Source: Felis catus | Taxonomy: Eukaryota | Direction: 5' to 3' | Length of the DNA stretch: 64,000 nt | Assembly (NCBI RefSeq): GCF_018350175.1 | Contig: NC_058368.1 | Span: 64,110,001 to 64,174,000 of the forward strand | In this document: piece after piece, positions 27,047 to 40,029 of the stretch | How positions within the stretch are numbered: position 1 is the first letter of the stretch | Layout of the letters: each line of letters starts with the position of its first letter | Notes under the pieces: model-generated | Databases searched by the model: none | Seen by the model: only the letters and a program-made list of their open reading frames with translations | What the model was told of the DNA's origin: nothing | Made by a program: the position numbers and the translations under genes

Positions 27047-27225
27047 TTAATTGTTATTAATGAATTACACATATGTAACTTATTTCATTATTTATATTTC
27101 CTTGCTAGAATAGAAGCTCCAAGAAGGTAGGAACATTGACTATTGTGTATCTCCTACACTTAAAATGGTGGCTAGACTATAATTTGTAATCAACAAATAT
27201 TTGTTGAATGAATGAATGAATGACA
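26770..27225 (+). mobile_element. L2 3' end fragment containing (TG)n at ~26985-27042
   Basis: 'ctagaatagaagctccaagaaggtagg...aaatatttgttgaatgaatgaatga' is a typical L2 terminus. Confidence 0.7.
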
Positions 27226-27408
27226 ATGGAATATTTCCTGAGTTTACATCACTCCTTGCTAGAATAGAAGCTCCAAGAAGGTAGGAACATTGCCTATTGT
27301 GTATCTCCTACACTTAAAATGGTGGCTAGACTATAATTTGTAATCAACAAATATTTGTTGAATGAATGAATGAATGACAATGGAATATTTCCTGAGTTTA
27401 CATCACTC
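27099..27408. repeat. 154-bp tandem duplication (2 copies)
   Basis: 27099-27252 versus 27253-27406; one mismatch seen (cattgac / cattgcc). Confidence 0.95.
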
Positions 27409-27876
27409 TTGGGACAGATTTTTTAAATGCCAGTAAATTAATTACTTGTAGGTAGTAGAAAAGCAAAATCACCCTCAAATGATGAACACATTTGTCTTCT
27501 CAAAGAAACTAGAAATAGTAATAATCTTAAGTGTTTCTTATAACTACAAAAGACCCACAAAAGTCTATAAGGAGCTCCTATATTATACCTGAAGGAAAGG
27601 GATTTTCCTTTCTAATTTTGTCACTTGGAGAAATGCCTAGTCCATTTATACCCTTGTAAAAGGCAAATTGTAGCCCACGGAATCTGTGTATTAGAACTTT
27701 GAATGTTTATGGCTCATCATGAAAAAAATGTGCAAATATAGAGTAGTATTTTGTCTTCTTTATGTTCAAAATTAGGACATACTCTGAAGCAATTATCAGT
27801 ACTAAAATTGGAAAACTACACCAAAATATTTTAAGTGGACAAATGATAACTAAATATATAGGAATTGTGGAAGGTA

Positions 27877-28918
27877 TAGTCTTACCTTGTTTTATTGTGC
27901 TCCTCTTTATTGCGCTTTGTAGATATTATGGTTTTTTACAAATTGAAGGTTCAAAACGTTAGTAGAGACAGTAACTGCAGATGTCACAAAAATAACAAGA
28001 GAACTAGAATTGGAAGTGAAGCCTGAAGATGTGATTGAATTGTTGCAATATTGTGACAAAATGTTAATGGGTGAGGAGTTGCTTCTTATAGGTGAACAAA
28101 TAAAATGGCTTCTTAAGATGGAATCTACTCCTGATGATGGTGTTTAGGAAGACTGTTGAAATGACAAAAGAAGATTTTGAATATTATGTAAACTTAGTTG
28201 ATAAAGTAGTGGTAGGATTTGGAAGGACTGACTCCAAGTTTGAAAGAAGTTCTGCTGTGGGTAAAATGCTATGGAACAGCATCCCATGTTGCAGAGAACT
28301 TTTGTTTTTTAATGTTTTTTTTTTATTTTTGAGAGAGAGAGAGAGGAGAGAACGAATGGGGGAGAGGCAGAGAGAGAGTGGGACAGAGGACCTGAAGCAG
28401 GGTCCATCCTGACACCTGATACGGGGCTCGAATCCACAGAACCCTGAGATCATGACCTGAGCCAAAGTCGGTAACTCAACCAACTGAGCCACCCAGGTGA
28501 CCCAACTACAGAGAACTTCTTTGTGAAAGGAAGAATCAGTAGATGTGACAAGTGTCCTTGTTGTCTTATTTTAAGAAATTACCACAGCCACCCCAGCCTT
28601 CAATAACCACCACTGTGATCAGTCAGCAAGCCGTCAACATCACTTTGAATCAAGACCCTCCACCAACGAAAAGATCATAACTCGCTGAAAGCTCTGATGA
28701 TGGTTAGCATTTTTGAGCAATAGTATTTTTTAATTAAGTCATGTACATTGTTTTGTTAGACATAATGCTGTTGCACATTTAATAGACTACAATATAGTGT
28801 AAATATGATTTGTATGCACTGGGAAACTAAAAAATTCATTTGACCCCCTTTATTGCAATATTTGCTTTATTTCTGTGGTCTGGAACTGAACCTGCGGTCT
28901 CTCTGTGAGGTATGCCTG
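27877..28918 (+). mobile_element. Internally deleted Tigger1 DNA transposon (TcMar-pogo)
   Basis: Left end resembles caggcatacctcgttttattgcgct...ttacaaattgaagg; the right TIR is gaggtatgcctg. The transposase 3' portion is present and most of the interior is missing. Confidence 0.88.
28302..28503 (-). mobile_element. CAN-SINE inserted in Tigger1
   Basis: SINE head and tail; flanking repeat cagagaactt (28292-28301 / 28509-28518). Confidence 0.9.
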
Positions 28919-29361
28919 TGTACATTTTCAACAGTCTTTGGCTCTTAAACACATTTCTGTGAAATGTGAGATTGTTTCCTAAGCAAACTGTTTAGTTGGT
29001 TTATCTGAAAAAGTTGTACCTCCGTGATAAGCAATTAGCACTTTCTAAGGTTAAGAAATTGTGTGTTTTTAAAAAGTAAATACGTATTGATTTCCATTTG
29101 GCTTGAAGAGTGTTTGAAACTCTTTGTGTCTGGCACTAAAGTTTCTCACTCCTAACTTGTCTTACACCAGGCTATGGTTTCTCTCCTACTATGGATCCAT
29201 ATCGAAGTAAACCTTGGATCTTGTGTCAAATGTAGTGGAAAGTGTTATCCTCTAAGTTTCTTCCAAAGAGAACTTCCTTAATCTGGAAAGGTCTTTACTA
29301 TCAAAGATTCCTGCATTTTACAGTGGGCTTTTCACCATTTCCCATTATGAAAATTAAGAGT

Positions 29362-29363
<2 letters not shown>

Positions 29364-29405
<42 letters not shown>
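29364..29405. repeat. (CA)n microsatellite
   Basis: About 21 CA units. Confidence 0.95.
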
Positions 29406-29407
<2 letters not shown>

Positions 29408-30086
29408 TGTAGTGGACTGTGTTCATTCATTCATTTATGAGTGTCATAGCGTATAGGCTTGGGGAATGATTCAGTGGGCTGACTGCATGATCTGCTTATG
29501 TGTTAATTAATTTTGTTTTCTTACACGGTGTTTTTATATTGTAACATGCATAGTTTTGAATGTTAGAATTCTATTTTAATAAAATGAATTTAATCTCATT
29601 GCATAACCAAGTATTAGCATGTGAGTTCTTCTTTTTAAGCACTTTCTTCTGACAAATTTAATGAGATAGAGTAAACTTATATTTATGCTACTGTGCAGTT
29701 TTACGCATATATGTCTGTTAAAGCATAAATGTTCATTCTGCAGCATGTGAACATTGCATACCAGAAAAAAATATCCTTAGCAGTTTCACAGTCCTCTTTA
29801 TATCAGTCTGTGATAGATTTTCTGTTTATTTGCACACCACATAATGGCCAGGCTATCATGTATATTTTAAGGGGAAAAGCTAAATGTTCATTGACACCAC
29901 ACTATATATCTGGCACAGGTCTTTCCTTGCCTTCTAACTAATAATAATAGAAGCTTTGAAATTGTATAGAAAAAATGAATTAATTTGTTTATAATCAGTA
30001 TTTTCATTGGTCTTTTCAAAGTAATATACACGTGGTTTAAAATTCAAATGATACTAACATGCTGGTAAAAAAAAAAAGTAGTCTTC

Positions 30087-30319
30087 GGGTCGCTTGGGTG
30101 GCTCAGGTGGGTAAGCATCCAACTTCCACTCAGGTCATGATCTCACAGTTCATGGATTCGAGCCCTGTGTTGGGCCCTGCACTGATAGCACGGAGCTTGG
30201 AGACTGCTTTGAGTTCTAGGTCTCCCTCTCTCTCTCTGCCCCTCTCCCAACTCACTCTCTTTCTCTCTCCCTCAAAAATAAATAAACATTTAAAAAATTT
30301 TTAATTTTAAAAACAATTT
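30087..30319 (+). mobile_element. CAN-SINE
   Basis: Head gggtcgcttgggtggctcaggtgggtaagc, (CT)n, tail. Confidence 0.92.
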
Positions 30320-30534
30320 AAAAAAGTCTTTGTTTTAAAAAGTTTTAGCTGTTTTCATATATATATCTATCTTTCACATACACATATGAAAAACAGCTAA
30401 AAGGTATTAATTTTAGTAAACTCTTTACCTTGATGTATCCATTTTAGAAACTATCAACTGTCTCTGTATTGGGCAATGAACAGTCAGCTATCACATTCTA
30501 CCTTCTCCTCTTCTAATAAAATAATGTGATCCTA

Positions 30535-30930
30535 TTAATTTCCTCCTAAGCATTGCTTTGGCTCCACTCTGCGCATTTTGATGTTTTTGCCTATTGACTC
30601 ATTTCAAAATGGTTACTATTCTCCCTATAACTCCTCTTTACTCATAATTTATTAGAAGAGTGTTGTTTGTTGTCATATACTTGAGGATATTCTAGTTCTT
30701 TCTTTGGAATGATTTTCTATCAATCTTGTGTCCTTGTGCCACATATTCTATGTGATATCAATCCCTCAGTTGACCCTATGGCCCTATGTATGGTTGATTT
30801 CAATGAATGCTCCATGTGATCCTGAAAATAACATGTATTCTGCTGTCTTTGAAGAGAGAGTTCTATAAAATATCTACAAGACCATGGAGGTTGATAGTGT
30901 CATTCATGTTTTTTGTATCATATCTTATTC
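30535..30930 (-). mobile_element. Ancient L1M ORF2 fragment
   Basis: 'tcctcctaagcattgctttggct', 'atgctccatgtgatcctgaaaataacatgtattctgctgt'. Confidence 0.55.
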
Positions 30931-32115
30931 ACGTCTGTATACACATGGATTCACAAGCGCATAGTGGATCCTAATAATTGTGTGTTTAAGAAATGAAAGC
31001 CACCAGAAAAATATTTGAATAAATTCTTTGAAATCAACAATTTAAAAATAGAATGTTAGGACCTGTAGTTTTTCTAGAAAATAAAACAATGGTAAATTTG
31101 TATCTTTTTTATTTCTACCACTTTTTTTAATGCAACTGGTAGAATTTTCAAAACCAGAAAGTTGCAAATATTAAAAAATGAAATTAAAAAAACAGTGAAT
31201 TCCTGTCAGCATAAGACAATCATTTAATTTTTACTTTATGTTCATTTATAGAATGTTGCAAAATATGCCCTTTATATAAATAAGGGCAAATGAGGTCTTA
31301 AAAACAAGTGAATGACAATAGTGAGTACTCACACTCACTGTTTTTTTTTATGTTACAAATTAAATAAAGGAAGAGGAATGCTCTTCTGTTTGTTTCAGTT
31401 AATTTTTAATTTAGTGCCTATTTTTGCCAAGAATAGCAATAGACTTTCATAAGATAGTATTCTGTGAATTCATAGAATGTTAATATGTGCTGAGTAAAAT
31501 ATTTAACTTGTATTTTATTTAAGTGAGACCATCCTAGTACCTGACATTGTACCTAGCAAACAACAGTGTCTCAGAATTGTTTCTGAATGAGCATAGGGAT
31601 GATGGTGTTAAATTTTCCAGGTGCTTGACATGGGAAGGAAAAGTTATATGCCCACATTCCTTTTTCAATTTACTCTATTTGCTTAGAGACCTCTGGTATG
31701 GATCTGAGACTATTTTTTGATGTTGCCTCAAATCAAATTATACCCTGAATGTTCACAAGAAGCTATACAACAAATAGAAGATAAACAAAGGATCCCAAAA
31801 ATATTTTTTCCAGATAGAAATTTTATTCATTCTCTATATAAATTTCTTCATCTGTCAACGAAAAATAATGCTACCCACACAAAATTATTGTAATGAAAAA
31901 CAGTGGCAAAATGTGTGTTCACTAGGAGTACGTGAAATACTTAATAAAAAATATGAGTGCATTATACAGACTTGTACATTTTATACCAGAAAGTTGCCTT
32001 GCTTTTATTTCTCAGCAAATGAGAATTGAATGTATTTTAATATGATTTTTGGTTATTCAGCCAGTATTGGGTTTTCATGCTTGATGTGTCTATGACATCT
32101 TGATTGAACCATAGA

Positions 32116-32117
<2 letters not shown>

Positions 32118-32161
<44 letters not shown>
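32118..32161. repeat. (GT)n microsatellite
   Basis: About 22 GT units. Confidence 0.95.
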
Positions 32162-32163
<2 letters not shown>

Positions 32164-32919
32164 CAGTGTTCCTTTGTTGGGAGCACCCACACATGCACAT
32201 ACACATATATGCATGCACACAGAGAGAATTACAAATATATTTCAGTTGAGGATAGAAGGAAGCACAGTTCCCAGAAGCACGTTGGTCGTCCAGACTAGGA
32301 GCAAAGGCAGCATCTTCCCCAGTTTCTCTGGTTTCTGGAGTATCTACCCAGGTGAGAGGGTAGCACAGGTGATGGTGTGCACTGGCAGGTTAGGGTCTTG
32401 ACCAAAGTGGAAAAGCTACTTTTGTGTATGTTGCATCCTTTTTCACTTGGGCCTTCCGTTTCTCCTAAGGAGTAGGCTTCACAGATACCTACAAAGTAAA
32501 AAGCAAATGTTTTTAACTTTACATACAAAAGGCATAATTTTGTATAGGAATGCCCTTAATGGAAGCATTGAGTGGATTAGGAGTTAGTAGTAAATTCCTG
32601 CATTTACATGTTAAAACCAGGTTTTAATCTCACAATCTCAAATGAATCCTTTCAGTTTGTTTCCAATTGCTGTGCTACTTAGGCTAACTTTTTGCTATTT
32701 AATGTAATTTATAACATTCTGAAATTGTTCCTCATTTAATTGCTAAATGGTTGCAGACCTGGCTTACTGCTCCCTACTTCAAAAAGTGCTGTCTGTATCC
32801 ATCAAATCCTGGAACCATTTTAGTCGATCTTGGATTCATAGCTCTCAGTTTACATAAAATCAATGGAAAAATTTCCCAAGATTTATGTATATAGTATTTG
32901 CCCAGAAAGTCAACTTCAA

Positions 32920-33155
32920 TCACTTACCGACACTAAGTGCCAGGCACTTTGTGAAGTGTTCTTAAAATTTAATTGATGTAATTCCTAGTCATCCTGTGAG
33001 GTGACATAATCATACTCATTTCACAGATGAAAAAACAGTAGTTTAAGAAAGTGAAATGATTTACCCAAGATCATATAATGGTAGAGCCAGAATTTAAGTC
33101 TGTGTAAGTCTGACTCCAAACCCCATACTCATAAGCATCAAGTTATAGTGCCTAA
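32920..33155 (-). mobile_element. MIR SINE
   Basis: 'gtgccaggcact...catttcacagatgaaaaaac...ttacccaagatcata...gtctgactccaaa'. Confidence 0.75.
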
Positions 33156-34299
33156 TAAATTAATGAATCAAGAATTTTAGTTTCAGAAAGAAGGTTATGT
33201 TTCTTATTCTTCCTTGATTTGCTTGCAGGATCCTGTGAACCTACCCATCTCTACTCATATTAATCCTGAGACGTCCTGTAGATGATCTCATTTTCATTTC
33301 ATAGGTGTGTTTTTTTTTAACATGTTTTTGGTTTTTAAACATCAGTATTGTCACTGCTGTTCCTCCTGGATCCATAAATATACCTTAATCCTTTTGGTTG
33401 CTCTGTGTTGTGATTATATGCCTCCAATCAGAATGCAGCATTCTCAGTACCTTGCAACCTGTCCAGATTTCTGTCCATCTCACAATGTACTTTCCCACAT
33501 TAAGGTTCTATATGAAAGAATAATGGAATAGGATGCTTCTCTCCTTCCTCTCTCAGTTAAGTCTTCAAAAGCTTTTTAAAAAAATCACTGTGATCTAAAA
33601 TAAACCTGCTTAAAATAAACTTGAAACTGTTTCCATTCTTAACATTGTTTAAAACTTCAGTAACATGTAATAGGGTCATGACACTTCCTGTCTTTTTACA
33701 GTGGTATTTATTATAATTCTTGCTGCAGGTGCAACATTCCTTTTATTCTCACTTCCTAATAGGTGTTTATCTACTTAAGTACTTTCTAGGCATATTTCAA
33801 ATGGCCAAATGCATACTTACCAGTGGGGTTTTCCCTCTTACCTCAAATTATTTAATCTGCTGTAATATACATAAATTACACATCTATTGCATTAGAAAAG
33901 AACCTAATACCTTTATGTACTTTATGGCTATGGGTATAAAAATTATAATTGTGAACATTAGCATTTCATTTTCACAAAGCATCTGCCAGTTTACGATCTC
34001 TTAGGATTTTATTAAATCTATGAGTAGAGTTGAAAGTCATCATGCTTACTCAGATCTATTCCCTGTCATCATACATCAGAAATATTCTTTCTAAAATGGC
34101 ACCTTCAGTGATAAAGGTATTTAGGAACTAATCTGTAGCCTTTCTTTGGTACTGTCCTCACTTATATTTTGCCTCCCTTTTTTTGGTTCCTTTTGTTCCA
34201 TAAGCCCTCTTGTGGCCAGCATATGACTTCTACACTACAGTATTTATTATTTGCTGTTTGTGTTATATTTGATTTTAAAATAAATTATAACAGAGATCC

Positions 34300-34470
34300 T
34301 TTTTTAAATGTTTATTTATTTTGAGGGGGCAGGGTGGGCACAGAGAGAAGGAGGGAGAGAGAATCCCAGGGCGCCTCCACCCTGAGCATGGACTGGGCTT
34401 GATCTCACAACCCTGAGATGGCCTATGCTGAAATCAAGAGTCAGATGCTTAACTGACTGAGGTGTCTCAG
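34300..34470 (-). mobile_element. Older CAN-SINE
   Basis: 'gctgaaatcaagagtcagatgcttaactgactgag' plus a T-tail. Confidence 0.85.
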
Positions 34471-37350
34471 GATTCTTAACAATTTATTTTTTGATAAATT
34501 TTCCCCAAGACTACATAGGGCTCAAAAACAAAAGACAGAGTAAAGGTTTCCAAAGTTGATTTTTTCTTGTTGTTGTTCTCTTTTCCTCTACCCCCATCCC
34601 ACATCCAAAAGAAAAAAAAGAAAAAAGTAAGCTTGTTTACACAGATAGAGATAATAAAGTTCAAGAGGAGGCAAAGAACTGCTTACAAGTTTTGTCAGTT
34701 TCCTTCCTTTCTCTGGCTCAAGGCCAGGTGATGGAGAAAAGTCCACACCATTGTCCCCAACTCACAAGCAGGTAAGGCAGCATCGGCCCAGAATTCCACA
34801 TAGGCAGTGAGTGGTCAAGGAAGCTCATCTGGGGGCTGGCTTGCTTCATGTCACACAAATTTACAAAGTGGAAATCAGGAGCTTAAAACATTGGACCAGT
34901 TGTATCAGCACACGCCCAGCGTGTGTGCAGAAAGTGTCTTGTACCTTTTATCTGTGAGCCACTTCCCACCCTCTTTTGGGAGTATGTACATGCCCAGCAT
35001 ATTGTTTGACTTTTATTTATTATTACAGATAACATCTTTATATTCAACCAAAGTTCCATTTGATGCTAAGTTCCATTTGATGTATCGTTAAGCCATTCTT
35101 TTTTTTATTACTTCAGGCAGTTTGTAAGGGGAACTAATACTATCTGTAGCTACCTAGTCTACCTATCTATCCGTCTATCTATCGGTATATTTGCACACAT
35201 ACACACAAAATTATATGTGCACATGTACATTTGTACAGGTAGCATGGAAAAAGTTACACACGAGTCAGGTTGGATTTTTTTTTGGCTCTTGGGTTGGTTG
35301 GAATCAAAATTGGGGCCAAAAATTTTAAAAATAAATACTGCAGTAAAATTCCTGGTTCCTGGATAGGTTTGGCCGATCCCAAATTTAAACAGTATTCCCA
35401 CAGCACTTCTGAGAAGGATGTGGAATTGTAACAAAAATTGTTGTTTTTTGAGAAAGGCAAGAGGACCAAGGAACCAAGAAGGAACTGAGAATATTTTCCC
35501 AATGCACCTGTCTTTCCCACTTGAGATGTTCTAAATCCTTGTTTTTTCTAAAAAAGATAGTGCATATTATCATAGAAACAAAATTTTCAGTTATTTCATT
35601 CGTAATATATATGCAAGTTATTTATTAATAATGTAGTTTCCCTTTTCTTTACATACATTTTTCTATATGTGCACATGTGACAATATATGTGTGAAATGGT
35701 AAAATCCTGTCTAGAACCAGAATGATTAAAAAATAGTCTTTGAGCAAAACAGTTCTATTTTTACTAAAATAAGCAGAGACATTGTCTTAAAACTGTGTTG
35801 TGAGATTATTTCCTTTTGTTTGCATGGGTTTTTTGTTTTGTTTTGTTTTTGTTTTTGACTTAGGCAATCATTAAGCCAAGTGGATATTTAGTTGATTAAA
35901 TAATCATAGATGCTACGGGCTCTAAGTGCTATAGGGCCATACAGATAATGAGGTCCAACCATCTCATAAAAATAGAATTATTTTTACAATTAAATTACAT
36001 TGATGCTTCATTTCTTATAAGTAGTTCTGCTCTGAGGGTAGTCAAAGCCAATCTCAGGATCTAAGGAGAAGATATTGTCTCAAAAAGTCTTTATCGGGAT
36101 TAATGAAAAATTATTCTTGGTGAAAACCCATGTAAGTAGCAGATGTTATATGGATGACTAAGTTTGTAAGTTGCTGTATTTTTAGAGCTAAAGTAGTAGA
36201 ACTATCTCTCCATTCATAACAAAGATTCCCTCTATTAACATGCTTCAGAACTCTGGTTGAAAGGTTCAAATGGCTGGGTGTTAAGGGATTTGTTTTTGTT
36301 TCCACAGTATGCAGCACTTTTAAGACACCATTCTAAGGATTTAAAATCTTTTAAGTATTTATTTGACTATCTGCATATAGCCTGCCAGTCTTCACAGCTG
36401 GCTCCTAGCATTTCAGTAACTCAAGCAGAATTACTAGGATTTTACAAATCATCAAGTGAATTAAGTTGTAGAATAGTTCTTTGTTGAAATCATGAAAGTT
36501 TCTCATGAAAAGGATTGAGAGTCATATCTGGTATTTTATCTTTAATGCTAACAAACATATAATTTCCCTTTTGGTGGAAAGTCAAATAAAAGGGTTATAG
36601 AGTTATAAATGACAGAGGAAACTTTTTGATAGTTTTAATATCTGTATATGCTATTTTTTACACAGAGGGCAAACTGTATGTTCCTTCAGAAATTGATTGT
36701 GGCATATTAAAGCCACACATTGTACAGTGCTTCAAAGTGCAATGATTTCATAAACATTTGATCATATTATTTAATTGCATTCTCTGCAAGATTTGTGGCT
36801 ATAGATTATTATAGCTATTTAATAGTTTAAAGGACTGAATCTCATTATATGTAACTTATTTTATCTTGAAACATGTCCCATAACTAGAGACTCTTCTCCA
36901 AGGAATATCCACAACTTGTCATGACATAGACACTAATAACAGCAGTGAATGGGCTTGCCTGACTTCACCAGGAAGGGATAGATAGAAGACCCAGCCCCGG
37001 ACACAACAAGGGTCACTGTTCAAAGAAATACTTAACGTTCCTTTCTCCTTAGACACCACTATCCATTATCCCCTCTCACCAAAACCACAAATATACAAAA
37101 TATTTGACATCAAAATAGCCACAACTAAGAACAAATCAAACTGTAGTTAAAGTAATTCTCCAAATTACTATTGAAATACCAATTTTAGTAAAAAATAGCA
37201 AATGTCAATAATGATAGATGCCAACGTTTAAGGAAAACAACTACTCACTGTTGGCAGATTCTTAATAATAATCAGAGATGCTTAGTGGACTTTCTCTTAT
37301 AAGCCATGTTTCAAAACCAAACACTATATCATGATCAATATTTTAAAAAT

Positions 37351-37642
37351 ATGCTAAGCAAAATTAGAGAAAGACAAATATCATATGACTTCACTCATAT
37401 GAGGACTTTAAGATACAAAACAGATGAACATAAGGGAAGGGAAGCAAAAATCATATAAAAAACAAGAAGGGAGATAAAACATAAGAGACTCTTAAGTATG
37501 GAGAACAACAGAGGGTTACTGGAGGGGTTGTGGGGGGGGTGGGCTAAATGGGTAAGGGGCATTAAGAAGTCTATTCCCGAAATCATTGTTGCACTATATG
37601 CTAAGCAACTTGAATGTAAATTTAAAAAAATAAATTAAATAA
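37351..37642 (+). mobile_element. Short 5'-truncated carnivore L1 3' end
   Basis: ORF2 end (atgctaagcaaaattagagaaagacaaatatcatatg), 3' UTR and A-tail; probable TSD aaaaatat. Confidence 0.88.
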
Positions 37643-38816
37643 AAAAATATCTTATACCTGTTTGTATTTGGGGGAAAAAATCTCACTAGGGGGAAAAATG
37701 AACTTCTTATGACTCATTAAATCAATAGCACTACTATAAATCATAAACCTGTTGTAAGGAAATAGTTTAATATAGAAACAGCAGGTCCAGCTGTTTAAAT
37801 ATCATATAGCATATGGGGCTCAGTAATTGGACTCAAATGCTATCTGCTAAATCATTTACACTTGTGTTACACTGTTGTACTTCTGTGGGAAGGACAAAGT
37901 TCTTGAATTGCTGAATTCAACTTCAGGTAAATACCTCCCAAATTAATGCCTACTTACTTGTTGAATCGAGTGGGTTTCCTTTGAAGTAGAATCTAAGATG
38001 TATCTATTCTGAGATCTTTCACTGTACCATTTATTATGTGCTTTATTTGGTTCGGGGTTTCAGCCTAATATTTGCTTCCTATTTTTTGTTTCTTTGTTTT
38101 GTAATACCCAGGGTTTCTACCTTGAAACATTGTTCACATAGGATATAATCTTGTCACTTTAGTAAACCCAGGAGTATCTGGAGAGAGCAGGATGGTAGGA
38201 AAAGGGAAAAGAAAGCCAAATGATTTAGCTTTCAAACTGCTAAAAAACAAAACAAACAAACAAACAAACAAAAACCAACAGCAACAACAACAACAAAAAA
38301 ACAGCAAGTCCTCCAATAAGAGCTGAGTTGTCGTGTCCCAGCATTTAGGATGTGAGAAAGCCACCAGCAGAGCCAGAAAGGAGTCTAGAGGCACATCCCA
38401 TGATGTTGCTGGTGAGCAATTGATACACAGTAGAATGCGTCCCAATATGATTCTATCTGTTCCTGCACGTGGATTCACTAATATAGCTCTTCATCAGAAT
38501 GACCTTTTTTTGTTGTTGTTTTGTTTTATTTTAATTCAGTCTTCTGAGCCTCACAGCAAACTTATGATCCAGAAATCTACATATTTATCTGATTTCCCCA
38601 GGAAATTTTTACTTAGCCAGATCAGCATCAGCACTTGAAAATCATCACACGGGGCCATGGGGAGGAAGACAGGAGGAGATCCCATTGCTTGAGCCTCTAC
38701 ACTATGATAATCATATGCTAGGTAAGGAGTTTTTCCCTTAGCAATTCACCCAGATCTCGAAACTGATGTTCATTGAAATTAAAGGGCATGTACAAGGTTA
38801 TAGAATGCAAACAGCC

Positions 38817-39503
38817 TGTTAGTGATGTTTTGGCCTATCCTGTCAGGTTCCTTCCTGACCTTCTACCCTGCTCTGTGTCATGAAATAGAAGGGGGCAGTC
38901 ATCTGCAGGTTTCATAATCCAGGCTCCTGCTGGAAGGAGGAAGGGAGAAGGCAGGCTCTTCTGCTTCTAATTCTTTGGGTAGCTTCTCTGACTGTATCTG
39001 TAACCTAATCACCTCCAGCCTTCCCAATTCTTCTGCATGGACCTAGTGTTTGCAGCTTTTGATAGGTGACCCAGCCCCTAAACTTTGGTAATCCTGTCTC
39101 CTCCATTTGTTTCTTTTTTCCTTTTTTTTTTTTAACGTTTATTTATTTTTGAGACAGAGAGAGACAGAGCATGAATGGGGAGGGTCAGAGAGAGGGAGAC
39201 ACAGAATCTGAAACAGGCTCCAGGCTCTGAGTTGTCAGCACAGAGCCCGACACGGGGCTCAAACTCACAGACTGAGAGATCATGACCTGAGCTGAAGTCG
39301 GACGCTTAACCGACTGAGCCACCCAGGTGCCCCTCCTCCATTTGTTTCTTATGCTGTTCATCTGGAGGCTGACTCACCATCATCCATTTGCCTCCTCAGC
39401 TTTTCTTCACCTGTGTAACCAATTCTCTGGAATAAATTCCTTTCACTTTAAACACTTAGAGTATTTTGTAGTCTGTAATTTCTGGATGGGTCCTGATTGA
39501 TGC
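38817..39503 (+). mobile_element. LTR33-like (ERVL) solo LTR interrupted by a SINE
   Basis: 'ctaccctgctctgtg...ggaggaagggagaagg...ttcacctgtgtaaccaattc...aataaattcc...gtcctgattgatgca'. Confidence 0.55.
39116..39333 (-). mobile_element. CAN-SINE
   Basis: Perfect 17-bp TSD tcctccatttgtttctt (39099-39115 / 39334-39350). Confidence 0.96.
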
Positions 39504-40029
39504 AATCTCAAACATCAACTTGCAGTTTCCACAGGGATCTACTAAAACAGATGAGGCATGCCAGTCTCCCTCACATTAAATATCAAATGTGACAGCTTCA
39601 AACACCCTTGTACAGTCTATAGAAAATTAACCATGAATCTATTGTTTACTGAAGGAAATTGAAAGAAAAAGTACTAGAAAATTGGAAGGTAGAGATTATA
39701 GACCATATCTCAGAGCAGAAAATGCACCATACCTCCTGAGAAACTTTACAAAGACTAGAACTACATCCAGTTTAAACATTGTAACAGCAAGCACACAATA
39801 TTGTTTGCTAACTGAACGGGAAGAAGGACAACAGCAAGGATATCGAACAGAAAGAAAACAAGTGTCTTAGTTGAGGCTGTTTCTCAAGATTTACTAGAAT
39901 AAAAAATATAGTTTTAGCATAAGACTAGATAAATGAAGCCACGTGGTGGGGACTTCATCCATGTCCTCCACTACCCTCTCCTCTTCCCTTCTGTTGTAGT
40001 AGTTGAGGTAAGAAGACCTTACTGTTTCT

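Noticed and set aside
27099..27408. Direct repeats as a CRISPR-like array
   Set aside because: Only two contiguous copies with no spacers, in a mammalian genome.
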